Source of the DNA: Gemmatimonadota bacterium
GTDB lineage: Bacteria; Gemmatimonadota; Gemmatimonadetes; Gemmatimonadales; GWC2-71-9
Assembly: GCA_036679645.1 (NCBI GenBank)
Contig: JAZDCY010000042.1
Coordinates: 32,001 to 96,000 of the forward strand
Direction: 5' to 3'
DNA: 64,000 nt
Positions within the stretch are counted from its first letter, which is position 1; the number at the start of each line of letters is the position of its first letter. The translations under genes were made by a program, and so were the position numbers. The notes beneath the pieces were generated by a model, which was not told the DNA's origin, ran no database searches, and was given only the letters and a program-made list of their open reading frames with translations. Positions 47,858 through 57,502 of the stretch are shown in pieces.

Positions 47858-49003
47858 ATGACGCCCAACGCCGCACCTCCGCAGCCGTTGCCCCGCCACG
47901 CCTCGGGCAGGCCGGACCCGACCTTCTGGCACGACCGGCGCGTGTTCCTGACGGGCCACACCGGATTCAAAGGCAGTTGGCTCGCGCTCTGGCTCGAGGG
48001 GCTTGGGGCCGAAGTGACCGGGTACGCGCTCGACCCACCCACGACACCGAGTTTGTACGCCCAGGCAGATGTCGCTTCGACCTTGCGGTCGATCATTGCC
48101 GACATCCGAGACGGCGAACGCCTCGCTACTGCCGTCGAGGCCTGCCGACCGGACGTCGTACTTCATCTGGCCGCGCAGTCGGTCGTCCGGCAAGGGTACG
48201 ACGATCCGGTTCTCACGTACGTAACAAATGTGATGGGTACGGTGCATCTCTTCGAGGCCGTACGTCGCTTGTCTCAGGCGTGCGTCGTGGTAAACGTGAC
48301 GAGCGACAAGTGCTACGCGCATCGGGTGGACGGGCCGGGCTATCGTGAGGACGAGCCGATGGGCGGGGACGACCCGTATTCCAATTCCAAGGGGTGTGCG
48401 GAGCTGGTCACGACGGCCTACCGCGCCTCGTTCTTCCCACCCCACGCCCTCAGCGAACACGGCGTCGCGCTCGCCAGCGCACGAGCCGGGAACGCAATTG
48501 GCGGCGGCGACTGGACACCGCATCAGCTCATTCCCGATCTGATCCGGGCGTTCCGCACCGGCAACCCATGTCCAATCAGGAGCCCCGGCGGTATCCGTCC
48601 CTGGCAGTTCGTGCTGGAGCCCCTCCGAGGCTACCTGTTACTCGCGGAGCGGCTGGCGGAGGATGGGGCACGTTTTGCGGGCGGTTGGAACTTCGGCCCT
48701 GCAAGGCAGGATGCAAAGCCAGTTTCCTGGCTTGCCGACAGCCTCGCGCACGCGTGGGGCGAAGGCGCAACGTGGACACGCGACGGCGGGGCGCATCCTC
48801 CCGAGGCGCCAGTGCTCCGACTTGATGCAACCAAGGCCCGCGAGGAACTGGGATGGGTTCCGGTCCTCGGTCTCCATCAGGCGCTCGACTGGATCGTGGA
48901 GTGGTACCGCCAGCATGACAGCGGGCGTGATCTTGGCGGGACGACACGCGAACAGATCGCCCGATACACGGACATGCTGGATCACACCGACGGGGGAGGT
49001 TGA
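47858..49003 (+). CDS. rfbG: CDP-glucose 4,6-dehydratase
   Basis: TGHTGFKGSWL, HLAAQS, TSDKCY, DPYSNSK, RAGNAIGGGDW and RPWQFVLEP. Confidence 0.94.
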   Translation: MTPNAAPPQPLPRHASGRPDPTFWHDRRVFLTGHTGFKGSWLALWLEGLGAEVTGYALDPPTTPSLYAQADVASTLRSIIADIRDGERLATAVEACRPDVVLHLAAQSVVRQGYDDPVLTYVTNVMGTVHLFEAVRRLSQACVVVNVTSDKCYAHRVDGPGYREDEPMGGDDPYSNSKGCAELVTTAYRASFFPPHALSEHGVALASARAGNAIGGGDWTPHQLIPDLIRAFRTGNPCPIRSPGGIRPWQFVLEPLRGYLLLAERLAEDGARFAGGWNFGPARQDAKPVSWLADSLAHAWGEGATWTRDGGAHPPEAPVLRLDATKAREELGWVPVLGLHQALDWIVEWYRQHDSGRDLGGTTREQIARYTDMLDHTDGGG

Positions 49004-49004
49004 G

Positions 49005-50309
49005 ATCGCGCCGAACATTGTAGTCCTCGGGAGCGGCATGGGAGGCCTCGGCGCGGCGTATCGGCTGCACGGAGAGGGACTCCGCCCGACCATGTATGAC
49101 AAGAACGCCTACTACGGCGGTCACACTGCGTCCTTCCACTACCCCGAGGGATTCATCTTCGATCAGGGACCCCACATCTCGTTCACGAAAGATCAACGCA
49201 TCCAGGAGTTGTTCGCAGAAAATGTGAGCCACGAGTACGAGACGGTACAGATTCACCTCAACAACTACTGGCGTGGATACTGGCCGACGCATCCGGTGCA
49301 GTTGCACCTCCATGGGTTGCCCGAAGACACGATCGTCAACGTGATTTCCGACTTCGTTGCGGAACAGCAGGCCGCCGAGCGCGACGTGCACAACTATGCA
49401 GACTGGCTGCTCGCCAGCTTTGGACGGACCTTCGCCGAGCAGTTTCCAATGCAGTACACGCGCAAGTATCACCTGACGACAGCTGAGAACATGAGTACGG
49501 ACTGGCTCGGTCCTCGCATCTACCGGCCAAACCTCGAAGAGGTCCTCCGCGGGGCGCTCTCCGCCTCTGCGCCACAAACGCATTACATCACTCACTTCCG
49601 ATATCCCAAGCGAGGCGGCTTCGTTTCGTACCTTCACAAACTGGTACCGCTCGCGGACCTCAAGCTGGGACACGAACTCGTCGGTCTCGATCCGCGATCG
49701 AAGGAGCTGACGTTTGCGGACGGCTCGCGGGTTGGCTACGATGGCGTCATCTCGTCCATCCCTCTGCCCGACATCGTACCGATGATTGGTGGCACGCCAC
49801 CCGATGTCCTCGAGGCAGCTAGTCGATTGGCATGCTCCACCTGCGTGCTGGTAAACATTGGAGTGGACCGGAGCGATCTGTCCGACGCACACATGACGTA
49901 CTTCTACGACGAGGACATCTGTTTTACGCGACTCAGCTTCCCTCACATGCTTTCCGCGGCGAACGTTCCACCGGGTGCTGGAAGCATCCAGGCGGAGGTG
50001 TACTACTCCTCGAAGTACCGGCCACTCACGCAACGCCCGGAAGACCTGATCGACCCGGTGATCGCAGATCTCACCCGCTGCGGGCTGCTCCGCGAAGACG
50101 ACCGCATCCTGTTTCGCAACGCGGTGCATTTGCGATACGCCAATGTGATCTTCGACCTCGAGCGCGCGGCGGCGCTCGCAACAGTCCACGGCTACCTGGA
50201 CGATATCGGCGTCGCCTTTTGCGGGCGGTACGGTGATTGGGGCTACATGTGGACCGACGAAAGCTTCATCAGCGGTGAGCGCGCCGCGGAGAAAGCGCTC
50301 GGCGGCTGA
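49005..50309 (+). CDS. FAD-dependent oxidoreductase (protoporphyrinogen oxidase/UDP-galactopyranose mutase-like)
   Basis: VVLGSGMGGL, GGHTAS, FDQGPH, FRYPKRGG and GRYGDWGY. Start codon unclear (possibly ATC). Confidence 0.82.
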   Translation: MAPNIVVLGSGMGGLGAAYRLHGEGLRPTMYDKNAYYGGHTASFHYPEGFIFDQGPHISFTKDQRIQELFAENVSHEYETVQIHLNNYWRGYWPTHPVQLHLHGLPEDTIVNVISDFVAEQQAAERDVHNYADWLLASFGRTFAEQFPMQYTRKYHLTTAENMSTDWLGPRIYRPNLEEVLRGALSASAPQTHYITHFRYPKRGGFVSYLHKLVPLADLKLGHELVGLDPRSKELTFADGSRVGYDGVISSIPLPDIVPMIGGTPPDVLEAASRLACSTCVLVNIGVDRSDLSDAHMTYFYDEDICFTRLSFPHMLSAANVPPGAGSIQAEVYYSSKYRPLTQRPEDLIDPVIADLTRCGLLREDDRILFRNAVHLRYANVIFDLERAAALATVHGYLDDIGVAFCGRYGDWGYMWTDESFISGERAAEKALGG

Positions 50310-50962
50310 TGCTCCCGTTGACCCTTCGCCGGGCGTCCTCAGACCCCGTGTCAATCCTCTGCCTGGGGGCACATTCCGACGATATCGAAATCGGGTGCGC
50401 TGGCACCATCCTTGGCTTGCTCGCCAGGTATAGCCGTGCGCAGATAGAGTGGGTAGTGCTCAGCGGGGGCGGCGAACGTGGCGAAGAGGCCCGTCGAAGC
50501 GCTGAGCACATCCTGCGGGGCACGCGCGCCGAGATCCGCGTCGAGGATTTCCGCGACGGCTTCTTCCCGTACCAGCCGGAAATCAAGGAGTTCTTCGAGT
50601 CGTTGAAGGGACGTGTCAAGCCCGATATCATCTTCACCCACCACCGGGACGATCTACACCAGGATCACCGCACGGTTTCCGGGTTGACCTGGAACACGTT
50701 TCGCCACCATCTGATTCTCGAGTACGAGGTGCCCAAGTACGACGGAGAGCTTGGGTCGCCCAACCTCTTTGTCCCGCTGTCGGCCCGGATCCGCCAACGC
50801 AAGATCCGCCACCTGATGCGCCATTTTGGATCGCAGCGCTCCAAGAAGTGGTATGACGAGCAGACGTTCTTGGGACTCATGCGGCTGCGAGGTGTCGAGT
50901 GCGCCGCTGTGACGGGATACGCCGAGGGGTTTCACTGCCGGAAGGCCGTGCTCGGGCTATGA
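50309..50962 (+). CDS. PIG-L/LmbE family deacetylase
   Basis: GAHSDDIEIG and DLHQDH motifs. Confidence 0.88.
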   Translation: MLPLTLRRASSDPVSILCLGAHSDDIEIGCAGTILGLLARYSRAQIEWVVLSGGGERGEEARRSAEHILRGTRAEIRVEDFRDGFFPYQPEIKEFFESLKGRVKPDIIFTHHRDDLHQDHRTVSGLTWNTFRHHLILEYEVPKYDGELGSPNLFVPLSARIRQRKIRHLMRHFGSQRSKKWYDEQTFLGLMRLRGVECAAVTGYAEGFHCRKAVLGL

Positions 50963-52306
50963 CACGGGAGGCTCGGACACCCGCTCGAGCCAGACCTCTC
51001 GCCAGAAGGGGTACTCGTTCTGCGGGCAAAAACGCAGAAACTCGCCGGTCGCGGTCACGCCGTCCAGCGCGATGCACGAGTTACGCAGAGTCACCATCGT
51101 TCCGTTACGCTCGTCGATGATCCTGTTGACGCGGCGCAGGACCCGAAAGGTGCGCCCGCAGAAGCGGATCATCTCCCGATCGAAGCGCATCCCGCGATTC
51201 CTCCCGTCGGTATCCAGGGTCGCCGCGATTGCCTCCCTGCTCCTTACACGAACCAGTTCCCCTGGCTGGAGATCCAATACCCGCTCCGGCGTGCGATCGA
51301 GCTGACCCGATCCCATTTCCGGGAATCCCGCACCCCCACGTCGCCGCTGGACCCAGTTGAACAAGCGGACTAGCATAGCCACCGGGTAATCCACCGGCCG
51401 AACATTGCCCGAGAGCAAGGGCCTGATATCCTGCCGGATATCCCAGGGTGCCAGTTCAGACGTGGCCCGGCGAAGCTCCGTGATCTGGCAGGAATACCGC
51501 TCGCCATGGCTACCGCCACGCGGCTGAGGTGCGCGGGTCGCCGCGGCCAGCGCGGCGCCGACGGGGGTCGCCTCGTCTCGTAAGTAAGGCGGCGTTGGGT
51601 CTTCCCCTCGAGCCCCGGCGGTGGGGCCGTCGTGCCCGCTCGCGTCGTTGACCTTCTTGAGCCACGCACCCTTCCAGAGGATCTGGCATCCCGCCTCACA
51701 ACCTCCGTGGACGCTTCCGTCACATCGCACGCTATCGAGGGTGACGGTGTCGCACATCCGCCGGAGACCGGTCTTCCGAATCATGTCGTTTATCTTGTCC
51801 ACGCGGCGGAAGACGCGGAACCGCCGGCCGCAATAGGGGAGCATTTCCGGCATAAACGGCAGTTCGTCCAGCGACGCGCGCGCGTCCAGCGTCTTGAAGA
51901 TTTCCTCTCTGGTCCGCACTTCTACCAGATCGCCGACGCGCAGCCCCACGAGGTGCGTCAGAATGAAGGACCCGGCCTGATCAGTGGGAACCGGCGCGGC
52001 CTCAAGGCGGTACCGCTTTCTGTGCCGTGCGCCCCAAACGTCTGCTCCCCGCGCCTCCCGGACGTCCAGATAAAGGGCGATCAGGCCGCCAAGCGCAACG
52101 GCCAGTCCGAAGACCGCCAGCAGCGCGGCGAGACCGCCCAACACCAACGCCACACCCGACCGTTGGGCGGCGCCCCAACTCGCCAGGATCCCCATGAGGG
52201 CGGAGCCTCCAACGGCGAGCAGGATGATCTTCCAGTAGCTTCGGCGGTGGGGTCTCAACAGTCTCCACAGGATGATCGGGGATTTGTGAACCATGTGAAC
52301 ATCCAT
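50957..52306 (-). CDS. Hypothetical Cys-rich protein with an internally duplicated domain and N-terminal TMs
   Basis: LRVGDLVEVRTREEIFKTLD and LQPGELVRVRSREAIAATLD repeats. Confidence 0.7.
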   Translation of the reverse strand: MDVHMVHKSPIILWRLLRPHRRSYWKIILLAVGGSALMGILASWGAAQRSGVALVLGGLAALLAVFGLAVALGGLIALYLDVREARGADVWGARHRKRYRLEAAPVPTDQAGSFILTHLVGLRVGDLVEVRTREEIFKTLDARASLDELPFMPEMLPYCGRRFRVFRRVDKINDMIRKTGLRRMCDTVTLDSVRCDGSVHGGCEAGCQILWKGAWLKKVNDASGHDGPTAGARGEDPTPPYLRDEATPVGAALAAATRAPQPRGGSHGERYSCQITELRRATSELAPWDIRQDIRPLLSGNVRPVDYPVAMLVRLFNWVQRRRGGAGFPEMGSGQLDRTPERVLDLQPGELVRVRSREAIAATLDTDGRNRGMRFDREMIRFCGRTFRVLRRVNRIIDERNGTMVTLRNSCIALDGVTATGEFLRFCPQNEYPFWREVWLERVSEPPVS

Positions 52307-52434
52307 GAGGATAACCGCCCGAGCGTGTGCAGGCGGCTCCTTTTGAATGCGCGTGCCCGTTGGAGCAGAGCGCGCGTGTTAAGCGACACATAGACACATC
52401 GTCGCCGGTTGCGCTGGCGCGGTAGCATGCGCAG

Positions 52435-53091
52435 CTATGGCTTACCGCATAGCACGAGTGGCGCTTCCCGAACGGTGCGCTGCCGCTCGTCGTAGGCCAG
52501 CGCGGGGTGATCAACGCCGTTGGCAATCGCACAGGCGACGTTGTCGACGGTTTGCCCCACCGTCATCTCGACGAGCTGAGAGGCGCCCGTTGTTGGATCG
52601 CGCTCGAATTGCGTGGAACGGAAGCCGCTGTAGTCGCCCCACTCGAAGAGACGGCGCTCCTCTGTAGGCCCGTCATTGCCGTCGCGTATCATCGCAAGGT
52701 TACTCGCCTCATGACGGATCTGGACTTGGCCACCCAGTGCCTTCCACTGGCAAGCGTGAACACCGGCAATCTGCTGAATCTCCTCGCTAACCTCGAGAGC
52801 CATCAGACGGAATGCCAGGCCCATCTCGAGCACCTCATGCGCCTGTATCGACGGAATCTGGCCGAGCAGTACGACCACCTCCCGGCGCTGTGCGGAGTAC
52901 GAGGATGTCCCCTTGAACAGACGGAATCCAACCCTCTCCTGGCAGGAACAGTCTGACAAAGTCTGACAAAGCACGGGCAATCCAGGGCCCTGGGGCCGCG
53001 ACAACGCATCGTGTAGGGCGCCTCCACACCCCCCGTCAGCTCGTGTGATATGCTGAGGCGTTCCATTGTCGCAAACTGGTGCTCGACGCAT
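52435..53091 (-). pseudogene. Degenerate ATP-grasp ligase remnant
   Basis: EMTVGQTVDNVACAIANGVDHPAL matches EMTVGRTDYNVACAIANGVDLPVL of 38629-39897; the rest is eroded. Confidence 0.6.
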
Positions 53092-53116
53092 AGCGGCAAG
53101 CCCTGACCATCATCGG

Positions 53117-55981
53117 TCAGGCCAGCACAAAGCTCCGTGATGCAGACCGGCCCGATTCGGCGTCTTCCAAACGCATGAGCGCATCGCAGAAGAACTTGGT
53201 CGCCCATGAGAGGACCTCGTACCGCCCATACGCTCCCGACGCCGGAAACGTCCCCATGATCCCACCGCGGACACCCAAATCGAGGTCGCGCAACCGCTGA
53301 GTCCGCGCGACGAACGCGGTCGCTGCTTCGGCCGGCGCAAGCCATGAACGGTCGCCAGTGACCTCGGCCAACCGGGTCCACACGTTCGCCATCTGGACTT
53401 GCCCCGTGAGACAACTCCATGACGCGCCCGGCTGCCACTGCGCGGTGAACCGACCGGCCATGCGGCCGTCTGGTGCCATCTGCTCGGCCAAGACTGCCGC
53501 CACGCGCGTACCGGCGCCCACCAGCCGTTCGTCTTCCAACACGAAGCCACCCTCGATGAGCCCTCTCGCGGCATATGCCAGTGTGTGGAGGAGAGGGCGA
53601 CGATTGTCGCTCAGACAGCACTGTGGCAACCAGCCGTTATCGTGCTGCTGCGCGACTACGGCCCGCAGGTTGCGCTGTGCCGCATCCCGAAAATCCGCTC
53701 GGTCGAACCTGACCCCTGTAACCGCGAGTGCCCACGCCGTTCGCGCATTGTAAAGCACGATCCCGTCCTGAGAGAATGCCCCTTGTCCCTCACTCCAATG
53801 CCCTTGGGAATCCAAGGCGCTCGACAAAAACGTGGCCGCACGGATGGCTGGCGCAACGAATTCCCTCCCGCCCGTTTCTTCGATCGCGCTCATCCACCCC
53901 AAGAGTACCTGGCCCGTATTGAACAGAGCCGGCAGCGCCGATTGCCCCACGACGCCACCCGGGATTCCGCCACCGGGCAGCTGCAAGCCGAGCTCCCAAC
54001 GTGCCGCCCGGGTAGCGCGCTCGGCGAAGTCGGGACGGTTGAGACGACGCGCAATCTCGTACAACGTGGGTATGATGTAGCCCGTCGTTTCGGGGTACGC
54101 GGGCTGCCAACCGCGTGCGCCAAGGTACGGCACCCAGATCAGTCCGTAGGCGCGGGCGATACCATGGTCCGACGATGCATCCTGGGCCCGCGCGAGCCAC
54201 TCCGCCCCGGCAAGCAGCCGATCGCGCGTCGCCGCTTTTGGGATCGTCACACTGCTCCGAAACCGCTTGCGCCACTGCCAGCCCCACACAGCCGGGCTCA
54301 CGACCGGATGTGCCCGGGCAAACCGCAGCCATCCCATCAATCGGGTGGGGCGGTCATTCCGCGGCGGCACCATGTGCTCACTGTCACCGACGCTGATCTC
54401 TGGTACGCTCGTGTTCCTTAGGTGGTCGGCCGCTACCGCATTGTTGAGATCTGTGGTGGCTATGGCGTTCAAGTGTTGGCCAGGACTCGATGGTGCTCCT
54501 GCCACCCTTCCACTGTGCATCGTTTCTCGCAGTGCCAGTAGCCGACCGCGGTGGAAGATCAATACCGCGAAACCGTAGGTCAGCACACCCACCGCAGCCT
54601 GTACGGCAAGCTGCAACGACGCTGACCATCCCTTCGCGAGAAAGTGCGCCGCCAGGACCGCGGCAACCATGAGCACGGCACTCGATGCCGCAGGCCACAG
54701 CGCCTTGAGATATGCCCTAACCGTCAGACCGCACCGGTGGCCGAGCCTGAGGTACAACGGGATCGTAAGCGGCGGGTAGACCAGAATCCACACCAGCGCA
54801 ATACCCACAGTTCCCCAATGGCTACCAACGACAAAGGCCGCAGTAAGGATCACCGCCGACGCAATCCCCACACGCATCGTGAGTGACGTATCTCCGGTGA
54901 CGTTAAGCACGAGCGGTGGCAGTGCCACGACGGAACGGAACGAGGCGTATAGAGCGAGGAGCTGGAGCGGAGCGACAGCGGCGAGCCATTGGTCGCCCAG
55001 CACCACCCGAACGAACGGGTCTGCGACAATGGCCATTCCTAGGCTGGCGGGGAAGGTCAGGATCGCGATCCCTTCCGTCAGACGCAGCAGATACCGGCGC
55101 AATTCGCTGGGGCTGTCCTGCACACTCGAGAAGTACGCTTGCGCCACGCGGACAACCAGAGCCGTGATCTTGTCGACGGGCATGCTCGCTAGGGTCCATG
55201 CAAACGAATACGCGCCGAGCGCGCTCTTGCCGAGGAATCTTCCCGCAACGAGAAAATCGGTGTTCGAGTACACGTACCACGACGTACGGCCCACGATAAT
55301 GTGCCAGCTGTAGGTGACGGCGGCACGGATCTTCGAGAGGCGTGGCCACGCTATCCGATGAGTCTTGAGTGCCAGGACCATCCCGGTCGACAACGCCGCG
55401 CTGACGATGCCTCCGAGCACCAAGGTCCAGTAGCGGAAACCGAGAAAGGCAAGGAGCAGCATCGTGGCCGAGAGCGTCACTCCCTGAATCAGTTCGACTA
55501 GCGCCAGCCGCCGGAACTGCAATTCACGCTGGAGCAACGCCAGCGGGACTGCCTCAAACGACTTGATAACGATCGTGGCACTCATGACCACAACCACAAG
55601 AGCCAACTCGGGTGCCCGGAAGAACCGCCCGATCGGTACAGCCAACACAACGGAAAGCAGGAACGCGACCAGACCAAACCCGATGGCTAGCCCATTGACC
55701 TGGGCAACCTGGTCCTCGTCCAAGTCACGCAATGCGATGATGGTAGTTCCGATCCCGAACTCGGTAAGGATGGTAATGAACCCGAGGTAGACCATCGCCA
55801 TCCCCACGATCCCATAATCTTCCGGAGTGAGGAGACGCGCCACGACGACAGTAGTCGCCCAGCTGACCAACTGAACGCCCCACCGGGCGCTCGTACTCCA
55901 CGCGAGGCTACTAACCAGCGACCGGTCTCGCGACTGGCGGGTGGCCTTATCCGTCGCTCCCGATTGTGCGGGAAGAGTCAT
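53117..55981 (-). CDS. Fusion of a WzxC/PST-type flippase and a C-terminal (alpha/alpha)-barrel prenyltransferase/squalene-cyclase-like domain
   Basis: The N-terminal ~480 aa are flippase-like (VARLLTPEDYG). The C-terminal part has YPETTGY, FNTGQV, CLTGQVQ and SWATKFF. Confidence 0.8.
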   Translation of the reverse strand: MTLPAQSGATDKATRQSRDRSLVSSLAWSTSARWGVQLVSWATTVVVARLLTPEDYGIVGMAMVYLGFITILTEFGIGTTIIALRDLDEDQVAQVNGLAIGFGLVAFLLSVVLAVPIGRFFRAPELALVVVVMSATIVIKSFEAVPLALLQRELQFRRLALVELIQGVTLSATMLLLAFLGFRYWTLVLGGIVSAALSTGMVLALKTHRIAWPRLSKIRAAVTYSWHIIVGRTSWYVYSNTDFLVAGRFLGKSALGAYSFAWTLASMPVDKITALVVRVAQAYFSSVQDSPSELRRYLLRLTEGIAILTFPASLGMAIVADPFVRVVLGDQWLAAVAPLQLLALYASFRSVVALPPLVLNVTGDTSLTMRVGIASAVILTAAFVVGSHWGTVGIALVWILVYPPLTIPLYLRLGHRCGLTVRAYLKALWPAASSAVLMVAAVLAAHFLAKGWSASLQLAVQAAVGVLTYGFAVLIFHRGRLLALRETMHSGRVAGAPSSPGQHLNAIATTDLNNAVAADHLRNTSVPEISVGDSEHMVPPRNDRPTRLMGWLRFARAHPVVSPAVWGWQWRKRFRSSVTIPKAATRDRLLAGAEWLARAQDASSDHGIARAYGLIWVPYLGARGWQPAYPETTGYIIPTLYEIARRLNRPDFAERATRAARWELGLQLPGGGIPGGVVGQSALPALFNTGQVLLGWMSAIEETGGREFVAPAIRAATFLSSALDSQGHWSEGQGAFSQDGIVLYNARTAWALAVTGVRFDRADFRDAAQRNLRAVVAQQHDNGWLPQCCLSDNRRPLLHTLAYAARGLIEGGFVLEDERLVGAGTRVAAVLAEQMAPDGRMAGRFTAQWQPGASWSCLTGQVQMANVWTRLAEVTGDRSWLAPAEAATAFVARTQRLRDLDLGVRGGIMGTFPASGAYGRYEVLSWATKFFCDALMRLEDAESGRSASRSFVLA

Positions 55982-56532
55982 CTCACCCTATAGCGCAATT
56001 CCAGGACCTGCTGGCATGTGGCACTCCACTGGTTCCCGCCCGTCCCTGTGCTGTTGCGTTGATGCAACACAGGGACTACAGAGCCTTCTCTCGGATGATA
56101 TGCGGTTGCTTCACGGCGGCCTCCCCACAACGCCAAGCACGGACCTTGCTTTCAGGCTGCGCCGGTACTTCACGTCCCCTGGAAAGACTCAAGTTGGCAC
56201 ATGCTGCTCAACCTCTTCTCTGCTCAGATTCTTGTGAGGAGCCCATCATTACGTGCTGCAGAAAGGCAACCAACGGGCGCCGGTGCTTTACTGGTATGAG
56301 GGGCGAGGCGCGTACAGGCCAACGAGTACGTGGTAGAGTGGGCCCTGTTGCGCGACGTGGCACTGCAGCAGCGCTGCGAGGAGCCGCCCGTGCATTTCGG
56401 GGGGCGGCTGTTCCTGACTGATTGGCACTTGACGAAGCTGCACCGGGGTGGGGAGGTCGGCTCGGGTGAGCTTGCACCTGGGCGCGACGGCGCCTGCGAG
56501 TGACCACCGGAGCGCGGTCGGGAGTTCAGGCG

Positions 56533-57450
56533 ATGAAGTCGCGGTCGGCAATCAAGCACGTAATCGAAGTGGGGCTTGTTTTAAGCGGCGTGGCAGCCGT
56601 GGCGCGGCGAAGTGTGCGCGGTCAGCTCCTGGTACTGGCTTACCACAACATCATTCCCGACAACGAGCTCTTGATCGGTGATCGGGCCAACCACATTACC
56701 TTGTCTCGCTTCTCCGATCACCTGGCGGCCCTCCGGTCCACGCACGACGTTATTCCGCTCGTGGAGGCGTTGAAGCTTAGAGCGCCGAGCTCGCGGCCCA
56801 TGGCTGCGCTTACGTTCGACGACGCATACTGTGGGGCGCTAACGCTCGGTGTGGACGAAGTCGTGAGGCAAGGGCTTCCTGTGACGATCTTTGTAGCTCC
56901 CCGTTTCATCGGCGGTCGCTCGTTCTGGTGGGATGCGCTTGCCAGCGTTTCGGGCCTTGATCCTCATGTCCGGCAAGCGGCCTTGCACATCTACCGTGGT
57001 GCAGACGTCCCGGTTCGAGACTGGGCCGCCCGTACGGGAATGCCTACAGCGACGGTGCCACGCCTGTTCAGGGCGGCTTCGGAAGAAGAGCTCACTCGCG
57101 CAGCCGCGCGACCTGGAGTAACACTGGGATCGCACAGCTGGAGCCATCCCAATCTCACACTCCTGGAGGACGACGAGCTGAGAACAGAGCTAGAGCAACC
57201 GTTGACGTGGTTGCGCGAGCGATTCGACGAGCCACTACCGTGGCTAGCTTATCCCTACGGCTTGTACGACACCCGCGTGACGCGTGCAGCCGCAGCGGCA
57301 GGTTACCACGCCGCCCTTGGCATTGGCGGGGGATGGCTCCACACCCCCAGCGATCGCTACGCGTTGCCGCGGATGAACGTGCCTAGGGATTTGTCGACGT
57401 TGGGGCTTGTCCTTCGGGGCGCGGGGCTCTTTAGCGGGGGTGCGGGATGA
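56533..57450 (+). CDS. Polysaccharide deacetylase (NodB/CE4)
   Basis: LAYHNI, TFDDAY, GSHSWSHPNL and AYPYG. Confidence 0.9.
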   Translation: MKSRSAIKHVIEVGLVLSGVAAVARRSVRGQLLVLAYHNIIPDNELLIGDRANHITLSRFSDHLAALRSTHDVIPLVEALKLRAPSSRPMAALTFDDAYCGALTLGVDEVVRQGLPVTIFVAPRFIGGRSFWWDALASVSGLDPHVRQAALHIYRGADVPVRDWAARTGMPTATVPRLFRAASEEELTRAAARPGVTLGSHSWSHPNLTLLEDDELRTELEQPLTWLRERFDEPLPWLAYPYGLYDTRVTRAAAAAGYHAALGIGGGWLHTPSDRYALPRMNVPRDLSTLGLVLRGAGLFSGGAG

Positions 57451-57502
57451 CGCCCTGCACCGAATGTTTAGCTGTGGACGCGGCTGTGGAGAAGAATCTC
57501 GC

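Noticed and set aside
48576..50372. Long antisense ORF (598 aa) and similar shadow ORFs (4626-5561, 7161-8234, 44270-45340, 47285-48523)
   Set aside because: They lie opposite well-supported genes, have no motifs, and are expected in GC-rich DNA.
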